From Patescibacteria group bacterium (GTDB lineage Bacteria > Patescibacteriota > Dojkabacteria > GCA-002793355), in the NCBI GenBank assembly GCA_016860985.1, contig BOKM01000001.1, forward strand, positions 920,040 to 984,039: DNA of 64,000 bases. Reading direction: 5' to 3'. A program made the position numbers and the translations under genes. Positions 1 to 10,401 of the stretch are shown in pieces; position 1 is the first letter of the stretch; each line of letters begins with the position of its first letter. The notes beneath the pieces are model-generated. The model was not told the DNA's origin and did not search any database. It worked only from the letters and a program-made list of their open reading frames with translations.

Positions 1-614
1 ACCGTCGATGAATCTCTGAGTAGCTTAACTAACCCAAGTAATGAGGCTGCGGCAATTAGTGGAAACCCTGAGATAAATGAGAAAGCTGCACTTTGCGCTG
101 GTGAAAGGTTATTCCATATTCCACCAAGTGTTGTGATACCGCTTCGCGAGGTTCCTGGGATAAGCGCGAGTACTTGCCATAAACCAATCTTTAATGCCTG
201 AACCCAATGTAATTCTTTCCAGTCATTTTTGGTCGTACCTTGATGTTTATGGTAGTTCACTGCTGTATGCCAGAGGATTCCACCCCAGAAAATTTGATTG
301 ATGGCAACAACCAAAGGTGAATAAAAAATTGCGTCTATTGCGTCTCCAAACAGCAATCCAATAACACCAGCTGGAACTGCAGCTGCAATAAGTAAGGGCC
401 AAAGTTTAGGACTTTTCAAAATTGATAGGAATGTGGTAAAGAAAACAATGAGTATGGCGATTGTGGTTGGCAGATGCAAAAACGCTTCGAGTCCTTGTTC
501 GCTGATGTCGTACATCCAGGTGGTAATTACCAGATGTCCGCTGCTTGAGATAGGCAAGAACTCGGCAATCGCTTGAATAATGTTTAATAAATAGTATGCA
601 AAAATCATAGTCAT
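1..614 (-). CDS. uppP: Undecaprenyl-diphosphatase (UppP/BacA), C-terminally truncated by the window edge. It is not in the ORF track because no stop codon lies within the window.
   Basis: The minus-strand translation from the ATG at 612-614 reads MTMIFAYYLLNIIQAIAEFLPISSSGHLVI...LIPGTSRSGITTLGG. The SSSGH and PGxSRSG motifs are the BacA family signatures, and the protein is multi-pass hydrophobic. Confidence 0.75.
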   Translation of the reverse strand, partial: MTMIFAYYLLNIIQAIAEFLPISSSGHLVITTWMYDISEQGLEAFLHLPTTIAILIVFFTTFLSILKSPKLWPLLIAAAVPAGVIGLLFGDAIDAIFYSPLVVAINQIFWGGILWHTAVNYHKHQGTTKNDWKELHWVQALKIGLWQVLALIPGTSRSGITTLGGIWNNLSPAQSAAFSFISGFPLIAAASLLGLVKLLRDSST

Positions 615-646
615 ATGGTAGCACATCATGTGCTACAATTGGAGCA

Positions 647-1846
647 ATGGCGCATTCGTCTATAATTTTTACTGCGGCAGGCTCTGGTGGTCATATTTTT
701 GCCGCAATTGCAACGTTAAAGTCTTTTCAATCTCAGTACCCAACATTGGCAAAAGAACTCGTTTTTGTTGGGAGCACCCTTACAATGGAGGGCGAAAAAC
801 GGCAGCTCCCCATGGAAGAACGGCTCACTACAAGGATGGGCATCCCCTTTCGGAAAATTAGAATGGGAAAACTTCAGCGCCAGCTCTCCTTTCAAACAAT
901 TAAGCATATGTTAAAGGTAGTTCTGGGGTTTTGGGATGCCTTCTGGTTGTTAAAAGAGCTTAAACCGTCTGTTATTGTTGCCTTTGGCGGTTATGTTTCA
1001 TTTCCGCTTGTGATCGTAGGTAGGCTATTTGGAGCAAAAATTGTGCTTCATGAACAAACAAGTAACATCGGACTAACAAACAAATTGTTGCAACCGTTTG
1101 CTTCTGTAATCGCAGTCACTTTTGAAACATCGCTACCCTATTTTAAAAAGAAGCCAATCGTTGTGGGAAGTCCAACAATGTTTCATATCTACGGGATAGA
1201 AGATTTTACCCATTTAAAAGGTTACTTGGAGAAAGAAAACAGTAGAATTCTTGAGGATCCTGCATATATTGAAACACTACAGCAACTCGAACGAGTTAAA
1301 GGAAAGTATCCAATATTACTGATGAGTGGAGGAAGTCAGGGGTCGCATTTCTTAAACGAGCAAATTAAGTCCATTCTCCCAGAATTACTAAAAGAAATGT
1401 ACGTGGTTCTTCAAGTTGGTGAAAATGAATATTATAATGATTTTGTCACTCTTTCTGAATATGTGAAAACACTCCCTCTTGATTTAGCAAGTAAGTGTAT
1501 AGTGAGGCGATTTGTTTACGAAGAATATGGGTACTTAATGAAAAAGGCAGATCTCTTTTTAGGGCGAAGTGGGGCGAATACAGTATATCAAGTTGGAATG
1601 AATAATCTGAAAGCAGTCTTTGTACCGATACCGTGGGTAACAAGAAATGAACAATACACCAATGCAATGATCTTAAAAGAAAAAGGATTGGCTGATATTG
1701 TTGAGCAAGATTCCTGCACCCCGGCGGCGCTACTTTTGGCTATTAAAAAACAATTGGAAAAAGGAATACTCGATACAGAAATGCCGGCTTTCCCGATTGA
1801 TTCGGACAAGCAGCTTGCGAGAGAAATTGGGAAGTTGGCAGTCTAG
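647..1846 (+). CDS. murG: Undecaprenyl-PP-MurNAc-pentapeptide UDP-GlcNAc transferase (MurG)
   Basis: GT28 architecture with an N-terminal AAGSGGHIFAAIA G-loop. The GGYVSFPLVIVGRLFGAKIVLHEQTSNIGLTNKLL acceptor-domain motif is present, and the C-terminal domain carries GGSQGS. Confidence 0.8.
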   Translation: MAHSSIIFTAAGSGGHIFAAIATLKSFQSQYPTLAKELVFVGSTLTMEGEKRQLPMEERLTTRMGIPFRKIRMGKLQRQLSFQTIKHMLKVVLGFWDAFWLLKELKPSVIVAFGGYVSFPLVIVGRLFGAKIVLHEQTSNIGLTNKLLQPFASVIAVTFETSLPYFKKKPIVVGSPTMFHIYGIEDFTHLKGYLEKENSRILEDPAYIETLQQLERVKGKYPILLMSGGSQGSHFLNEQIKSILPELLKEMYVVLQVGENEYYNDFVTLSEYVKTLPLDLASKCIVRRFVYEEYGYLMKKADLFLGRSGANTVYQVGMNNLKAVFVPIPWVTRNEQYTNAMILKEKGLADIVEQDSCTPAALLLAIKKQLEKGILDTEMPAFPIDSDKQLAREIGKLAV

Positions 1847-1863
1847 TCAGGGACTGCTAATTT

Positions 1864-4308
1864 GTGCTATACTCTTCTATGAATAACAACGAAGAAAGAA
1901 TTGACATACTTTCATACTTTTCTCAACGAGCAAAAGAATTACTCTCACGAACTGTTGAGCAAGCTCGATTGCGTGGTGCCTCATTTGTAGATACAGAGGA
2001 CCTTTTGCTGGAAATTACGTCTGATGAGGTTGTTGAACGAATATTTCGTGAATTAGGCATAAAAGTTCCCTTATTGGTAACGTACCTTGAAGAAAATATG
2101 CCGAAGGTTAGAAGTAATCAAACTGGTCAAATGGATCTCTCTCCACGTATGAAGCAAGCACTGCAACTTGCTTTCCAGGAAGCTATGGAAATAGGTCATT
2201 CCTATGTGGGGCCAGAACATTTATTACTTGGCATCTTAAGAGAGAATGACGGTTTTGGCGCTCGAACATTGCAAAAATATGGCGTGACTATGGTTACTGC
2301 ACGTCAAGCAGTTCTAAAAATTGTCGGAAAAGGTGACGAAGAAGGGAGTAAGTCAGCTCAAATTACAGAAACTCCTACACTCGACAAATACTCTCGAAAC
2401 TTAAGTAATCTTGCACGAAAAGGTGCAGTTGATCCTGTTATTGGCAGAAATGACGAAATTACTAGGCTTATTCAAATACTTATCAGAAGAAGAAAGAACA
2501 ATCCCGTATTAATTGGTGAACCTGGAGTTGGTAAGACAGCCATTGCAGAAGGTCTTGCCCAGCGAATTGTGTCGGGTGATGTGCCCGATGAACTAAAAGG
2601 GAAGGAAGTAAAAGAACTCGATTTAGGCGCGATGATTGCAGGTTCAAAGTTTAGAGGAGAGTTCGAAGAAAGAGCAAAAAAGATTTTAGACGAACTTCAA
2701 AAGGCAAATGGGCAGGTGATTCTATTTATCGATGAGCTCCATACTGTGGTTGGATCGGGTGCACAAGAAGGGCAAATGGATTTGGCAAATATGTTAAAAC
2801 CTGCTCTCGCACGTGGAGAGTTCCAAATCATTGGAGCGACTACATTAAACGAGTATAAAAAATATATTGAAAAGGATGCGGCACTCGAGCGCCGTTTTCA
2901 ACCGATTTTAGTTGAAGAACCTACGGTTCAGGCCTCGATTGGTATATTGAAAGGAGTGAGAGATCGCTACGAAGCTTTTCACAAGGTGACTATTGAGGAA
3001 TCAGCAATAGAAGCTGCAGTATCACTTTCTGATCGTTACATAAAAGATAGGTTTTTGCCAGACAAAGCGTTTGATATTCTTGACGAAGCTTGCAGTATGG
3101 TAAAAATTGAATCTCAATATGAACCACAGGAGCTGCGAGATTTAAAAGGGCAATTGAAATCTTTTGAAAAAGAACGTGATGCATTAACTCGTGCGCAAAA
3201 GTTTGAAGAAGCATCGGTTATTAAGCAGCAAATGGAAGAACTAAAAGAAAAGCTCCTCCCTCTTTCTGAAGAATGGGATAAGAAAAAGTCACGTGGGACG
3301 CCAAGTGTAACTACCGAAACTATAGCGCTTGTCTTGTCGAGAATGACGGGGATTCCTGTAAATCAACTAAAAGAAGCAGAGAAAGAAAAGCTGTTAAAAC
3401 TTGAGTCACTTCTTCATCAGAGGGTTATTGCTCAAGAAGAAGCGATTAAATCCGTAGCTGAGGCAATTAGACGAGGCAGAATTGGGCTTACTGACCCAAA
3501 AAGGCCACTTGCCTCTTTTCTTTTCCTTGGTCCCACAGGAGTTGGAAAAACTGAGCTTGCAAAAGCATTGGCTGAGTATATATTTGGCGACGAAGAAGCA
3601 ATTATTCGGCTCGACATGTCCGAATACATGGAATCACACAGTGTTTCTAAGCTCATTGGATCGCCACCCGGATATGTAGGTTTTGAAGATGGCGGGCAAC
3701 TTACAGAAAAAATTCGACGACAACCCTACTCTATTGTTCTGCTTGACGAGCTTGAAAAGGCACATCCCGATGTGCTCAACATTCTATTGCAAGTATTAGA
3801 CGATGGGAGATTAACTGATGCCAAGGGGCGAACGGTTGATTTTAAAAACTGTATTTTAATAGCGACCAGCAACGTAGGATCGACGCAACTACTCGATTAT
3901 GTGAGACGAGAGATTCGCAAAAAGAATGATTGGGAACAAGTTGAAAAAACTGTGCATGAACTACTAAAAAAGACATTCCGCCCAGAGTTTCTGAATCGTA
4001 TTGACGAGATGATTCTTTTTCATCCTCTGGAACGCGAAAATATTAAGGAAATTGTGTCAATGCAACTTGACAGAGTACGTCGGTTAATGGAGGCGCAACA
4101 CATAAAAGTTACCTTCGAACCCTCGCTTATTGACATGGTCGCAGAAAAGGGTTTTGAGCCGGAGTTTGGGGCTAGACCAATCAAACGAACCGTACAAAAA
4201 TATGTCGAAAACGAAATCGCATTAAAGGTTCTCAAAGGCGAGATTACAGAAGGAATGCAGTTAAAGATTGGCTATAAAAATGGGTCAATGACTTTTGACA
4301 AGTTATAG
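1864..4308 (+). CDS. clpC: ATP-dependent Clp protease ATPase subunit ClpC-type (Clp_N repeats, two AAA+ modules, short UVR-like middle domain)
   Basis: Walker A motifs [13 protein letters not shown] and [15 protein letters not shown] are present, with sensor [16 protein letters not shown] and [10 protein letters not shown]. The middle domain is about 70 aa and contains [11 protein letters not shown], which fits ClpC rather than ClpB. Confidence 0.85.
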   Translation: MLYSSMNNNEERIDILSYFSQRAKELLSRTVEQARLRGASFVDTEDLLLEITSDEVVERIFRELGIKVPLLVTYLEENMPKVRSNQTGQMDLSPRMKQALQLAFQEAMEIGHSYVGPEHLLLGILRENDGFGARTLQKYGVTMVTARQAVLKIVGKGDEEGSKSAQITETPTLDKYSRNLSNLARKGAVDPVIGRNDEITRLIQILIRRRKNNPVLIGEPGVGKTAIAEGLAQRIVSGDVPDELKGKEVKELDLGAMIAGSKFRGEFEERAKKILDELQKANGQVILFIDELHTVVGSGAQEGQMDLANMLKPALARGEFQIIGATTLNEYKKYIEKDAALERRFQPILVEEPTVQASIGILKGVRDRYEAFHKVTIEESAIEAAVSLSDRYIKDRFLPDKAFDILDEACSMVKIESQYEPQELRDLKGQLKSFEKERDALTRAQKFEEASVIKQQMEELKEKLLPLSEEWDKKKSRGTPSVTTETIALVLSRMTGIPVNQLKEAEKEKLLKLESLLHQRVIAQEEAIKSVAEAIRRGRIGLTDPKRPLASFLFLGPTGVGKTELAKALAEYIFGDEEAIIRLDMSEYMESHSVSKLIGSPPGYVGFEDGGQLTEKIRRQPYSIVLLDELEKAHPDVLNILLQVLDDGRLTDAKGRTVDFKNCILIATSNVGSTQLLDYVRREIRKKNDWEQVEKTVHELLKKTFRPEFLNRIDEMILFHPLERENIKEIVSMQLDRVRRLMEAQHIKVTFEPSLIDMVAEKGFEPEFGARPIKRTVQKYVENEIALKVLKGEITEGMQLKIGYKNGSMTFDKL

Positions 4309-4329
4309 CCAATTTCGTACAGATAACTG

Positions 4330-5271
4330 CTAATCCAGAACAATTTCGACTGCTCCTGCTCCAACATTTACTGTCACTTCAACATCATATGTAGGAGACA
4401 TTTCGTACACTCCGTTTGCGCCAATTCCACCAAAATCTTTATCCAGAGAACTCTTTTCAGATTTTAATTTGACGCTACCCGCTCCAAGTGAGTACGTAAG
4501 TTTGATTGTTTTATCTCCATGAAGGCGTAAGGTAGTTTTACCTGCTCCAACGCTTAACTCAATTTTTGGTGCAACTGCCAATCCACTAAGGTCAAGCGAA
4601 AGCTCTCCGGCTCCGACTTGTGAGGTAAAAGACTTAAGTCGCATTTCGTCGAGCGTGAGCACTCCTTTACTTGCACCAGTAGAAATAGACATTACTGCAG
4701 GAATTTCGCTCACTCCGAGAGACGCCTTATATGTGTTTAGGTCACTTAAGCTCGCAATTCTGTAGTATTTGTCCAACGGAATATTTTTTGTGTCAATTCG
4801 CAAAACTTTTTCAGATGTTAAATTCTCGGATATGCGAAAGTTATCAGGTCCTGTCATTGAAAGGTAATTTCCGCTGACCTTATCAGAAATCAAGAAATCA
4901 GCAGCTCCAAAATTAAAATCATAATCAACTGACATTGCATCGGTGTATCTTTCAAATGGTACATTTTCTGTGACAATGTCCAGTTTGATGGTGTTTTGGT
5001 TAGATCCCAAGAGTTGTTGCTTTACAAATACAATACCTAAGATTACCGCAGCAAAGAAAAGAACATCAAAAATAATGCCAAAAAACTTGCCTAGATGTGC
5101 ATTTCCTACCATTTTGACACCAGCGCTAATTATGAACACAGGCCAGTAGCGCAGTACAAAATCTAGAAGATCCCGCCATGCAAGAATTTGTAAGTTCGCA
5201 AGCAATGCGACTGTACCTACAGACAAAAGAAATAAACCGAATGAAATCGATTCGTAACGCTTATTTTCCAT
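4330..5271 (-). CDS. LiaF/YvlB-like membrane protein with a DUF4097 putative-adhesin beta-rich C-terminal domain
   Basis: Two N-terminal TM helices are followed by a repetitive beta-strand region with GAGSVKLKSE, GAGKTTLRLHGD, GAGELSLDLSG and GAGAVEIVLD. The gene lies immediately downstream of a PspC-domain gene, as in yvlBC/liaF modules. Confidence 0.55.
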   Translation of the reverse strand: MENKRYESISFGLFLLSVGTVALLANLQILAWRDLLDFVLRYWPVFIISAGVKMVGNAHLGKFFGIIFDVLFFAAVILGIVFVKQQLLGSNQNTIKLDIVTENVPFERYTDAMSVDYDFNFGAADFLISDKVSGNYLSMTGPDNFRISENLTSEKVLRIDTKNIPLDKYYRIASLSDLNTYKASLGVSEIPAVMSISTGASKGVLTLDEMRLKSFTSQVGAGELSLDLSGLAVAPKIELSVGAGKTTLRLHGDKTIKLTYSLGAGSVKLKSEKSSLDKDFGGIGANGVYEMSPTYDVEVTVNVGAGAVEIVLD

Positions 5272-5797
5272 TTTTTGATCTTGTTAAAATTATGATTCCG
5301 AGTGCAATAATAACGATTGGCCAGAGGGTACGGACAAATAATCGAGCAATATCAGCAAAAACAAGATACCCAAAATTGTTTGCTAATAACAATGCACCAA
5401 GAACAATTACACCTAATCCCAACCATGTTTGCGTATTCTTTTTCATAGCAAGCTTCTCGACGTTTGCTGCGGCATCTTCAATGGTAGTTTCTAGATTTTG
5501 TGTGTTTTCTTTTACAACTTCTTGAGTTGATTTCGCTGCGCTCCCTTGTTCAGGTAAGACAATACAAAGAACAATGTAAATAAGAATTCCCGAACCACCC
5601 GAAATTGTTAATATTACAAAAAGGAGTCGAAGAATGACCGGATCGAGTGACAAGTATTCGCCCAAACCGCCACATACTCCACAAACCATCTTATCCGTAG
5701 ACGATTTTGTCAAGCGTTTTGCTGTAGTTGTAGAAGGCTTTGCTTCTGGGGTTGGTGCTTCTGTGTGCACTGGTTTCTTAGTTTTCTTTTCAGACAT
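5261..5797 (-). CDS. PspC-domain membrane protein (phage-shock/envelope-stress family)
   Basis: The PspC signature CGVCGGLGEYLSLDPVILRLLFVILTI..GILIYIVLCIVLPE is present, followed by a second hydrophobic segment. Confidence 0.7.
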   Translation of the reverse strand: MSEKKTKKPVHTEAPTPEAKPSTTTAKRLTKSSTDKMVCGVCGGLGEYLSLDPVILRLLFVILTISGGSGILIYIVLCIVLPEQGSAAKSTQEVVKENTQNLETTIEDAAANVEKLAMKKNTQTWLGLGVIVLGALLLANNFGYLVFADIARLFVRTLWPIVIIALGIIILTRSKNGK

Positions 5798-5828
5798 GTA
5801 ATGTGTTAGTTATGTTATTTTCACAATG

Positions 5829-8800
5829 TTATTGTACTCTTCTAAACCAATCAACGGAAACTTGTGGAGTATATCCTCCGTTTGTACTATACGGATGGAG
5901 TAATATACCCACATATTCTGGTGCCGCTCCGAGTTGAGATGCTACAACTTCGGTATGAACGAGTTGATAGCTTACCCCACTAGTACTTGTTCTGTAATAC
6001 AAATTTGTTCCGTTGTATTCGACTTCCAAGTAGTAAGTCTGTGTCCACAAGTTCGCAAAATCGACTTCGCTATTTATGGTAGAACCTGTAAATCTTCCAT
6101 AATATCCCGTAAGGCCATCGCCATAGCTTCCATGTTTAAGATATGCAAACCAATAATTCTTATTTGAAGAAGAATTTCTAACAAGGAATCCTCCTCCGGT
6201 GTAGGTCCATAATATTCCTTCAATATGCATTTTGGTTCTGAATTTCCAATTCCCTACTGGCGCAGGTTGAACGAGTGCAACGTATCGACTTGTATTTGCA
6301 GCACTCGAGTTATATTTGAGCTCGAGTAAGTTTCCATATTCACTGTAGCTTGCATTCCCTCCTGCATCCGTATATTGAGTCCATTTTACATCAACAACTC
6401 CATCGTTAAACTCATCGTCCATTGCGTCTGCACTTGCTGGAGGTTTATCTGGGTTTACTGACCACGATGGTTGATCGTCGATCTCCTTCCAGCTACCATT
6501 ATTGCTTTTTACTTCTACCTTACCGTTGTTATCTCTGATTCCGTAGCCTGTGCTTCCATCTGTAGTTCCGAAGTTCAAATAGCCCGATGCTACGATACCA
6601 ATATTGCCATTTACATCGAGCGTATGTTGCGGTTGAGTGACACCAATACCTACACTCGCATTTAGAATCTGTAATTCATCAACAGCTTGATCATCAAATT
6701 CTATCCTTCCAGAGGTTGCTCCAAGACCTATCCATTTATCATCTGCGGTTGCATCTGCAAATACGGTACTCCCTGTCATTGACCCAACAGTAACACTACT
6801 TGTTCCACCACCACCTTGGGGAACGAGTTGTCCCTCCGGCGTCCAGTATTGGTCTTTGTATGATGGCAAATATCTAAAGTAATCAACAACCATGTAACTA
6901 GTTCCATTATTGATCACCCCCATTCTGGTAACACCTGGATCAGCGACGGAATATACTCTGTTATATGTAACTCCATCGTTGCTTACCCAAAAAGAGAGTG
7001 TTGTACCAGTTCTTCTGATACTAAAGTAGTAATAATTTTCCGTAGCAATGCCAATGCCAACGGGAGTTGATCCCCAAGAAAGATAATTTGACCAACTTAT
7101 AACTTCGATAAGTGAACTATTTGAACTTCGTCCTGTATGGCCTACAGTCCAAATCGTTCCTGCTCCATTTTGAACAGCAAGCATTGCCTGACTGTAGTTC
7201 ACAAATTGAGGCATTCCACTTGTTGAGATTCTGGTCCAAATCGTAAAATCTCCTGCAGGCAAGGTTTTGTAAAGGTATTTGCTGTCGGTTATCCTTAGCC
7301 CCCCATTCGATTCTGCTGCAGAACCCGCTCCAGATTGTGTCCACGAGCCGTCAATCGAAGTATCGCTAAACTCATCGTCGTTGGCATTTGCTGTTGCAGG
7401 AGGTGCGTCTGGATCCCATTTACTGTAGATTGCACTCCCACCACCTGAACCAAGCGAATTGAGTGCTACCCATGTTCCGCCGTCATCTTTATACTCAATT
7501 TCTCCGCTGTTATCTCGAATACCGTAACCACTGCTTCCGTCACTTGTACCGAAGTTTAAGTATCCTGCTGCAACAATTCCAATATTCCCATTCACATCGA
7601 GTTTGTGCTGCGGTTGCGTCTGACCAATCCCTACGTTCGCATCGAGTATTTGCACTTCATCGGTTGCCTGGTCGTCAAATTCGATTCTTGCCGCAGTTGC
7701 GCCAAGTCCTAACCAATCATCGTCTGCAGTCGAGTCGGCAAATAAAGAAGAGCCGGTCATTGAGCCGACGGTAACTGTTCCGCTGCCAGATATGTCGGTT
7801 GTTTGATTGTCAGCAACAAACCAAACACTGGCTAAGCTAAAATAGTAATTCGAGGATGAGGCGTTTTTCCCGTTTATTGTCGCTTTTAACACATGCCTAC
7901 CTGAGGCGGAAATAGTAACAGTTCCTGACTTTATATTGCTATATGTGCTTGTTCCATACCAATCGTGAGAAACAAAAGGTGCTTGCCCATCGATGCTCCA
8001 CTCTAAAATCCCGAAATGTGGTCCGGAGGGGCCAGTTATATAGAATGTGTACGTCCCTGCTGCTAATGTTACCGTAGTTTGAATTGCGTCTCCGTCTCCT
8101 GGTGTTGACTGGTATACTTCGAGGTCACCCATTTGATTTGCTGAGGCACCTTTAATTAGTGACCCTCCGCACCCATTCACGACTTTAAATTGTAATGCAG
8201 ATATTGTTACATCTTGATTTGCTGTTGTTCCCGTACCACTCCCGCCTGTACCGGTATCATCATTTGCACAAATCCAGCGAGAATTTGTTGCATCGTACTC
8301 TAAGGTCTGCCCATTGCTACACGCGGTGTCGTTCGGCTTGTAGTTAAAGTATTTGCCCGAACCATTGGTTACTTGGCTCACATCAAGACCTGTAATGTAC
8401 CCAGAGTCATTAGTCCACTGTGAAATGTTTGCCGAAGTAAAGTTACTGGTACCAAGACCGGTAATGGTTGCACCGGTGTGGTTGTGAGAATCGTTACTGA
8501 TGGCAAGATTGTCGTAGGTGCCAGAGGCATCACCACCAAAGTTTGCCGTAAGATTGAGTTTGCTGGAGAGTGCAGCAGAAAGGTCTGCTTGGTCACCTAG
8601 GGTGCCATTAATACTTCCCCACGCAATGGTTCCTGCACCATTGTCGTTGCCACAGACCCAACGAGAGAGACCGGCATCATACTTAAGGGTTTGATCGTGG
8701 CTACACGCAGTATCGTTTGGTTTGTAGTTTAGGTAGATATTACTGCCGTTGGCTACCTGCGCAAAGTTAACACCAGAGATGAAGCCAGAGTCGTTGGTCC

Positions 8801-10325
8801 ATTGCGAGATATTTGGGGAGGTAAAGTCTGCAACTCCCAGTCCAGAGATGGTCGCTGCGGTATGGTCGTGAGAATCGTTACTGACTGCAAGGTTGTTGTA
8901 GGTACCAGCCACATCACCCCCAAAAGAAGCAGCAGTCGCAAGTTTTGCTTGTAGGGCGATATTAAGGTCATTTTGGTCGGAGAGTGTACCCGTAATTGCT
9001 CCCCAGGTTACAGAAGAGGCGCCGGTATCGTTGCCACATACCCAACGGTTGAGACCTGCATCATACTTGAGTACCTGATCTTGTGAACAGGCAGCATTGT
9101 TTGGTCGGTAATCCCAGTAGATACCATTGGCATTAGTAACCTGCGAGTGATTGAGGCCTGTAATATACCCTGCATTGTTGGTAAGTAGCGAGATGTTCTC
9201 CCCTTCTACGACTACCTGAGAGGCAAGCTCCGAAGTGCTCCACGTAAAGGGAAGTGTGCCAGTATTGGTGAGGTTGTCTTTCGGAACCGAAGTATCGTTG
9301 GTAATGTACCCAGAATCGTTTGTCCATTGAGAGATATTGGGAGAGGAGAAGTCAGCAACAGCAAGTCCAGAGATGGTGGCACCTGTGTGGTCATGTTCAT
9401 CGTTTGTGACCACAATTGCATCGTAGGTACCGGTAACATCACCTCCAAAAGAAGCAGTGGTACCGAGTTTTGTGGTGAGTGCGGCGTTAAGGTCGGTTTG
9501 GTCTGCAAGGTTACCAGAGATATCTCCCCAGGCAACGGCACCTGCGCCAGAATCGGTGCCACAAATCCAGCGACTTAAGGCGGCATCGTATTTGAGGACT
9601 TGACCTTGCGTACAGGCAGTATTGTCAGGTCTGTAATCTAGAAAGATACCTACCCCATTAGTTATTTGGCTAAAGGTTACGCTTGTTAGGTAATTCTGTG
9701 TAGTTACCCAGTTTTCTGTCGCAATGTTCGCGCTATTGAGTGTTGTTCCAGCAGAAAGATTAATTGCACTGTTTGTAATGTAACCCTCCACTTCTCCTTC
9801 AGTAAGCGTATTGCCTGAGTCGTCACCATCGTCTAAACCATTAGGTCGATTTTTAATATCGTTCCAGCTTATGCTTTCGGTTCCACCTGAAAATTGCGTC
9901 GGTAGATATTCGCTTTTAATTTTGCCCTGCGAGGTAATACCCTCTGTTTCAAGATCTTTCCATGCGCTAAAACTATTTTCAGGCAGTGTGCCTGAGGTAA
10001 GATTGCTTGCATTCACAAAATAAGATGTATCGTGACCGTCGAGCATGTCTGCGTTTAGCGAGCTACCTTCTCCACCCTTAACAACAAAAGAGATACCTTC
10101 AACCGTTTTTTCAATTTTTACATTTTGGCTTTCAGGTAGTTGTTCTAAAAAGTTGCCAATAGCCGAATCGGTGACATTCCCATAGCTGGTGAGTTGAGAC
10201 TCAGTTTGTTTGAGCTGAAGGAATATAAACAAATAAAGCGCAGCAAAACCCACTGCAATAAATATCATTATCCTTGTAAATTTTTTAACCGATAGGTGTA
10301 AATTATCGGCAGATTCCGGGTTCAT
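5829..10325 (-). CDS. Giant repetitive cell-surface protein (1498 aa) with an N-terminal TM anchor, four Cys-pair Ig-like repeats and two tail-fibre-like plus lectin-like modules
   Basis: One uninterrupted ORF. The N-terminal TM is IMIFIAVGFAALYLFIFLQL. Four repeats of about 128 aa each contain ACxxxQ..W[IV]CG and HDHT[GA]ATISG. Two modules of about 325 aa follow, each with GSMTGS..FAD..ADD.W[LI]GLGAT..RIEFDDQA.DE.QIL.A.VGIG.TQPQH.LDVNGNIGIV and then a beta-sandwich concanavalin/LamG-like region. Confidence 0.7.
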   Translation of the reverse strand: MNPESADNLHLSVKKFTRIMIFIAVGFAALYLFIFLQLKQTESQLTSYGNVTDSAIGNFLEQLPESQNVKIEKTVEGISFVVKGGEGSSLNADMLDGHDTSYFVNASNLTSGTLPENSFSAWKDLETEGITSQGKIKSEYLPTQFSGGTESISWNDIKNRPNGLDDGDDSGNTLTEGEVEGYITNSAINLSAGTTLNSANIATENWVTTQNYLTSVTFSQITNGVGIFLDYRPDNTACTQGQVLKYDAALSRWICGTDSGAGAVAWGDISGNLADQTDLNAALTTKLGTTASFGGDVTGTYDAIVVTNDEHDHTGATISGLAVADFSSPNISQWTNDSGYITNDTSVPKDNLTNTGTLPFTWSTSELASQVVVEGENISLLTNNAGYITGLNHSQVTNANGIYWDYRPNNAACSQDQVLKYDAGLNRWVCGNDTGASSVTWGAITGTLSDQNDLNIALQAKLATAASFGGDVAGTYNNLAVSNDSHDHTAATISGLGVADFTSPNISQWTNDSGFISGVNFAQVANGSNIYLNYKPNDTACSHDQTLKYDAGLSRWVCGNDNGAGTIAWGSINGTLGDQADLSAALSSKLNLTANFGGDASGTYDNLAISNDSHNHTGATITGLGTSNFTSANISQWTNDSGYITGLDVSQVTNGSGKYFNYKPNDTACSNGQTLEYDATNSRWICANDDTGTGGSGTGTTANQDVTISALQFKVVNGCGGSLIKGASANQMGDLEVYQSTPGDGDAIQTTVTLAAGTYTFYITGPSGPHFGILEWSIDGQAPFVSHDWYGTSTYSNIKSGTVTISASGRHVLKATINGKNASSSNYYFSLASVWFVADNQTTDISGSGTVTVGSMTGSSLFADSTADDDWLGLGATAARIEFDDQATDEVQILDANVGIGQTQPQHKLDVNGNIGIVAAGYLNFGTSDGSSGYGIRDNSGEIEYKDDGGTWVALNSLGSGGGSAIYSKWDPDAPPATANANDDEFSDTSIDGSWTQSGAGSAAESNGGLRITDSKYLYKTLPAGDFTIWTRISTSGMPQFVNYSQAMLAVQNGAGTIWTVGHTGRSSNSSLIEVISWSNYLSWGSTPVGIGIATENYYYFSIRRTGTTLSFWVSNDGVTYNRVYSVADPGVTRMGVINNGTSYMVVDYFRYLPSYKDQYWTPEGQLVPQGGGGTSSVTVGSMTGSTVFADATADDKWIGLGATSGRIEFDDQAVDELQILNASVGIGVTQPQHTLDVNGNIGIVASGYLNFGTTDGSTGYGIRDNNGKVEVKSNNGSWKEIDDQPSWSVNPDKPPASADAMDDEFNDGVVDVKWTQYTDAGGNASYSEYGNLLELKYNSSAANTSRYVALVQPAPVGNWKFRTKMHIEGILWTYTGGGFLVRNSSSNKNYWFAYLKHGSYGDGLTGYYGRFTGSTINSEVDFANLWTQTYYLEVEYNGTNLYYRTSTSGVSYQLVHTEVVASQLGAAPEYVGILLHPYSTNGGYTPQVSVDWFRRVQ
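5832..7790 (-). repeat. Two tandem coding modules of about 0.95 kb each (about 6831-7790 and about 5832-6812) inside the giant surface-protein gene
   Basis: DNA blocks near 7440-7800 and 6470-6810 are collinear at roughly 75% identity. The protein modules are collinear as well. Confidence 0.6.
8241..9677 (-). repeat. Four in-frame tandem coding repeats of about 384 bp each inside the giant surface-protein gene. The first copy carries an insertion of about 45 codons.
   Basis: The protein repeats are visible directly, and the shadow ORFs 8378..8596 and 8753..8971 repeat at a 375-bp offset. Boundaries are approximate. Confidence 0.6.
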
Positions 10326-10401
10326 ATACTATCTAAGAATAGCATAAATCCCCATCACTTCCAATATTTTGGATTACATTTTTTGTAGGAAAGTTGTAAA
10401 A

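Noticed and set aside
8241-9677. Regularly spaced direct repeats that could be mistaken for a CRISPR array
   Set aside because: The repeats are about 384 bp long and only about 70% identical. They are in-frame within one long ORF and encode Ig-like protein domains. No short identical repeat-spacer pattern exists anywhere in the window.
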